From: Amoebidium appalachense
Lineage: Eukaryota > Protista > Ichthyosporea
DNA length: 64,000 nt
Assembly: GCA_963693365.1 (NCBI GenBank)
Contig: CAVNZM010000013.1
Span: 7,144,713-7,208,712 of the forward strand
Reading direction: 5' to 3'
Position numbers and translations under genes: made by a program. Numbering within the stretch: the stretch's first letter is position 1; each line of letters starts with the position of its first letter. The notes below the pieces were generated by a model. The model did no database searches. It worked only from the letters and a program-made list of their open reading frames with translations, and was not told the DNA's origin. Positions 62,519 to 64,000 of this stretch are shown here, piece after piece.

Positions 62519-63110
62519 GGACGCACGCACGCACGCACGCACACATGCACGCACACACAAACAGCACCACCACCACCGACAACCAGCCCCTATTGTGTGT
62601 AGGTCCTTCTTTGTTTTGACGTGCTCGTATTTAAGGTGCACATTTGTTGATCATGACGTGCATATTCATGCCCCACTTTGCCCCTTTCCTTGGTCCTGTG
62701 TTTGTGCTCTTAGACCCACGTCCGCACATGCACTCACTCAACTCACTCACTCACCTACCTAACTCACTCACTCATTGCGTGCACGCACACACGCATGCAC
62801 ACGCACGAGCACTGTTTTTCATCCCTCGTTCTATCTCTCCCTTCTACCAGCCGAACCAAAGCTCACCTCCATTTCCTACCCCCACAGGTTCGGTACTATC
62901 ACGTTTGTGATTTCGTCGACAGAGGTTGGTGTGTTCCAAATCCAAGGCTATGTGGGTGGCAGGAAGGAAGATGAGATGGAATTGCAACTGAGCGATTTGC
63001 TGCAACTGCAATACGATGGCGTTAAGGTGCACACCATCAAGCCCATTAAAATCAACGTGAACCTCATGATCCACTTCCTTAATAAAAAGTTCTATTCCTC
63101 CGGCCCTTAA
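55346..63110 (+). CDS. IQGAP: IQGAP-family protein, RasGAP-related domain and RasGAP_C; 14 exons, N-terminal half not found
   Basis: Exons 55346-55508, 55873-56026, 56538-56687, 57227-57321, 57661-57791, 57949-58107, 58584-58646, 59187-59348, 60045-60152, 60386-60477, 60863-60977, 61358-61527, 62167-62304, 62888-63110, all GT-AG. Motifs GNQMVIKMVVYYNRG, DIYKKWI.Q.E..TG.PS.LPYDV, LPYGIR, GNLIFFRYMNPAIVSPDAFD, PEEHFNIDQYSD, DLLQLQYDGV, NVNLMIHFLNKKFY. Confidence 0.95.
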
Positions 63111-64000
63111 AAGAAAATCGAGTCGTTGAGAGGGTGGTGGTGGGGGCGTGTTGTGAGGTTGGGGTTGGCGTTTGTGGGTTTAAAGGAGCGCCATATAGGG
63201 ACTTACCCAAAGGGGGGGGGGGGGGGGGGGATGTGCTGAGTGCTTTAAGCACCGCACGAGTATGAGAATCTCTTTATTATGCAATTTATGCATATCCGTT
63301 GGATATTTTATCTCATCAGTAATCCTTGTGTTCAAATTATTTGAACTTTGATGCCTGTTTTATTAGTAAGCAGATTTTGAAATACAGGTTTTGTTTGTTA
63401 GCGTTAGTAACGATGTCTGTGCTTGCGCTTGTTTTGGAGTCATGGGGTTTTAATAGTGGCTATGTAGGGAGGTAGGTGTCGGGTGTGTTAGACCATCATT
63501 TTCTGAGGCAGCGTGTTAGTTTTATCTCTGAATACTCCAGGCTGCAAGCACCCTTTTGCCTGTGTGTGCAGCTTTGGTACGTAGCCACACTGTAAATACC
63601 ACATACATGCAGTCTGAAAGGGCAAATAAAATACTCGTGCCATTTGCAGGTGTTCAAACCAGGCCCTCCTTTCGATCCCCACCTTTCCCTCCTCCCCCCC
63701 CTCCGATGTATGTGTGAGTGTGCGCGCGTGCGCGCGCGAGCGTGTGGATGCAGATGCTCGTGTGTGTGTGGATTTGCCGGTCAGCCGAACAACCACCCAC
63801 GTGTCCCCCCCCCCCCTCTCTTACAGTAATTACACTTCCTCCTGCGTATCCATTCAGCAGCTTTCCGATAGGCATGTATTTGATTTCAGATTGCAACACC
63901 ATGCAGGAGTTTAGGTTGAAGGGTCGGATTCCGGGTGTTCAGTGGTGGTTGCGGTGTGCGCAATGTCGTGTGTGTGTGGGTGGGTGGGTGGGTGGGTGGG

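Overview
Eukaryotic genomic DNA with GT-AG introns and very many poly-G/C, (CA)n/(TG)n and (CT)n tracts. Gene content suggests a unicellular holozoan or opisthokont protist (inference). Host genes: an intronless secreted beta-helix protein with Pmp-like repeats, a two-exon BTB+NHL protein, a multi-exon jacalin-like lectin/mucin-stalk/TM receptor with a tyrosine-motif tail, a KHA/DCX-like small protein, a PAN-domain exon, and 14 exons encoding the C-terminal half of IQGAP. Mobile DNA: an intron-containing Dada-type transposase with an inserted DEDDy exonuclease, three copies of one APE-RT non-LTR retrotransposon, a young copia-type TRIM, a solo LTR nested in a LINE copy, a Helitron-like 3' end and a nested-palindrome element. 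The most unusual signal is the LINE. Its 5' end is complementary to its own 3' UTR in nested order (a possible panhandle covering the start codon), and it ends in ...GCGTAAACCCC rather than poly(A). That terminus also occurs alone as 10-26 bp footprints, two of them flanked by target-site duplications. All calls come from reading the sequence by eye; no searches were run.
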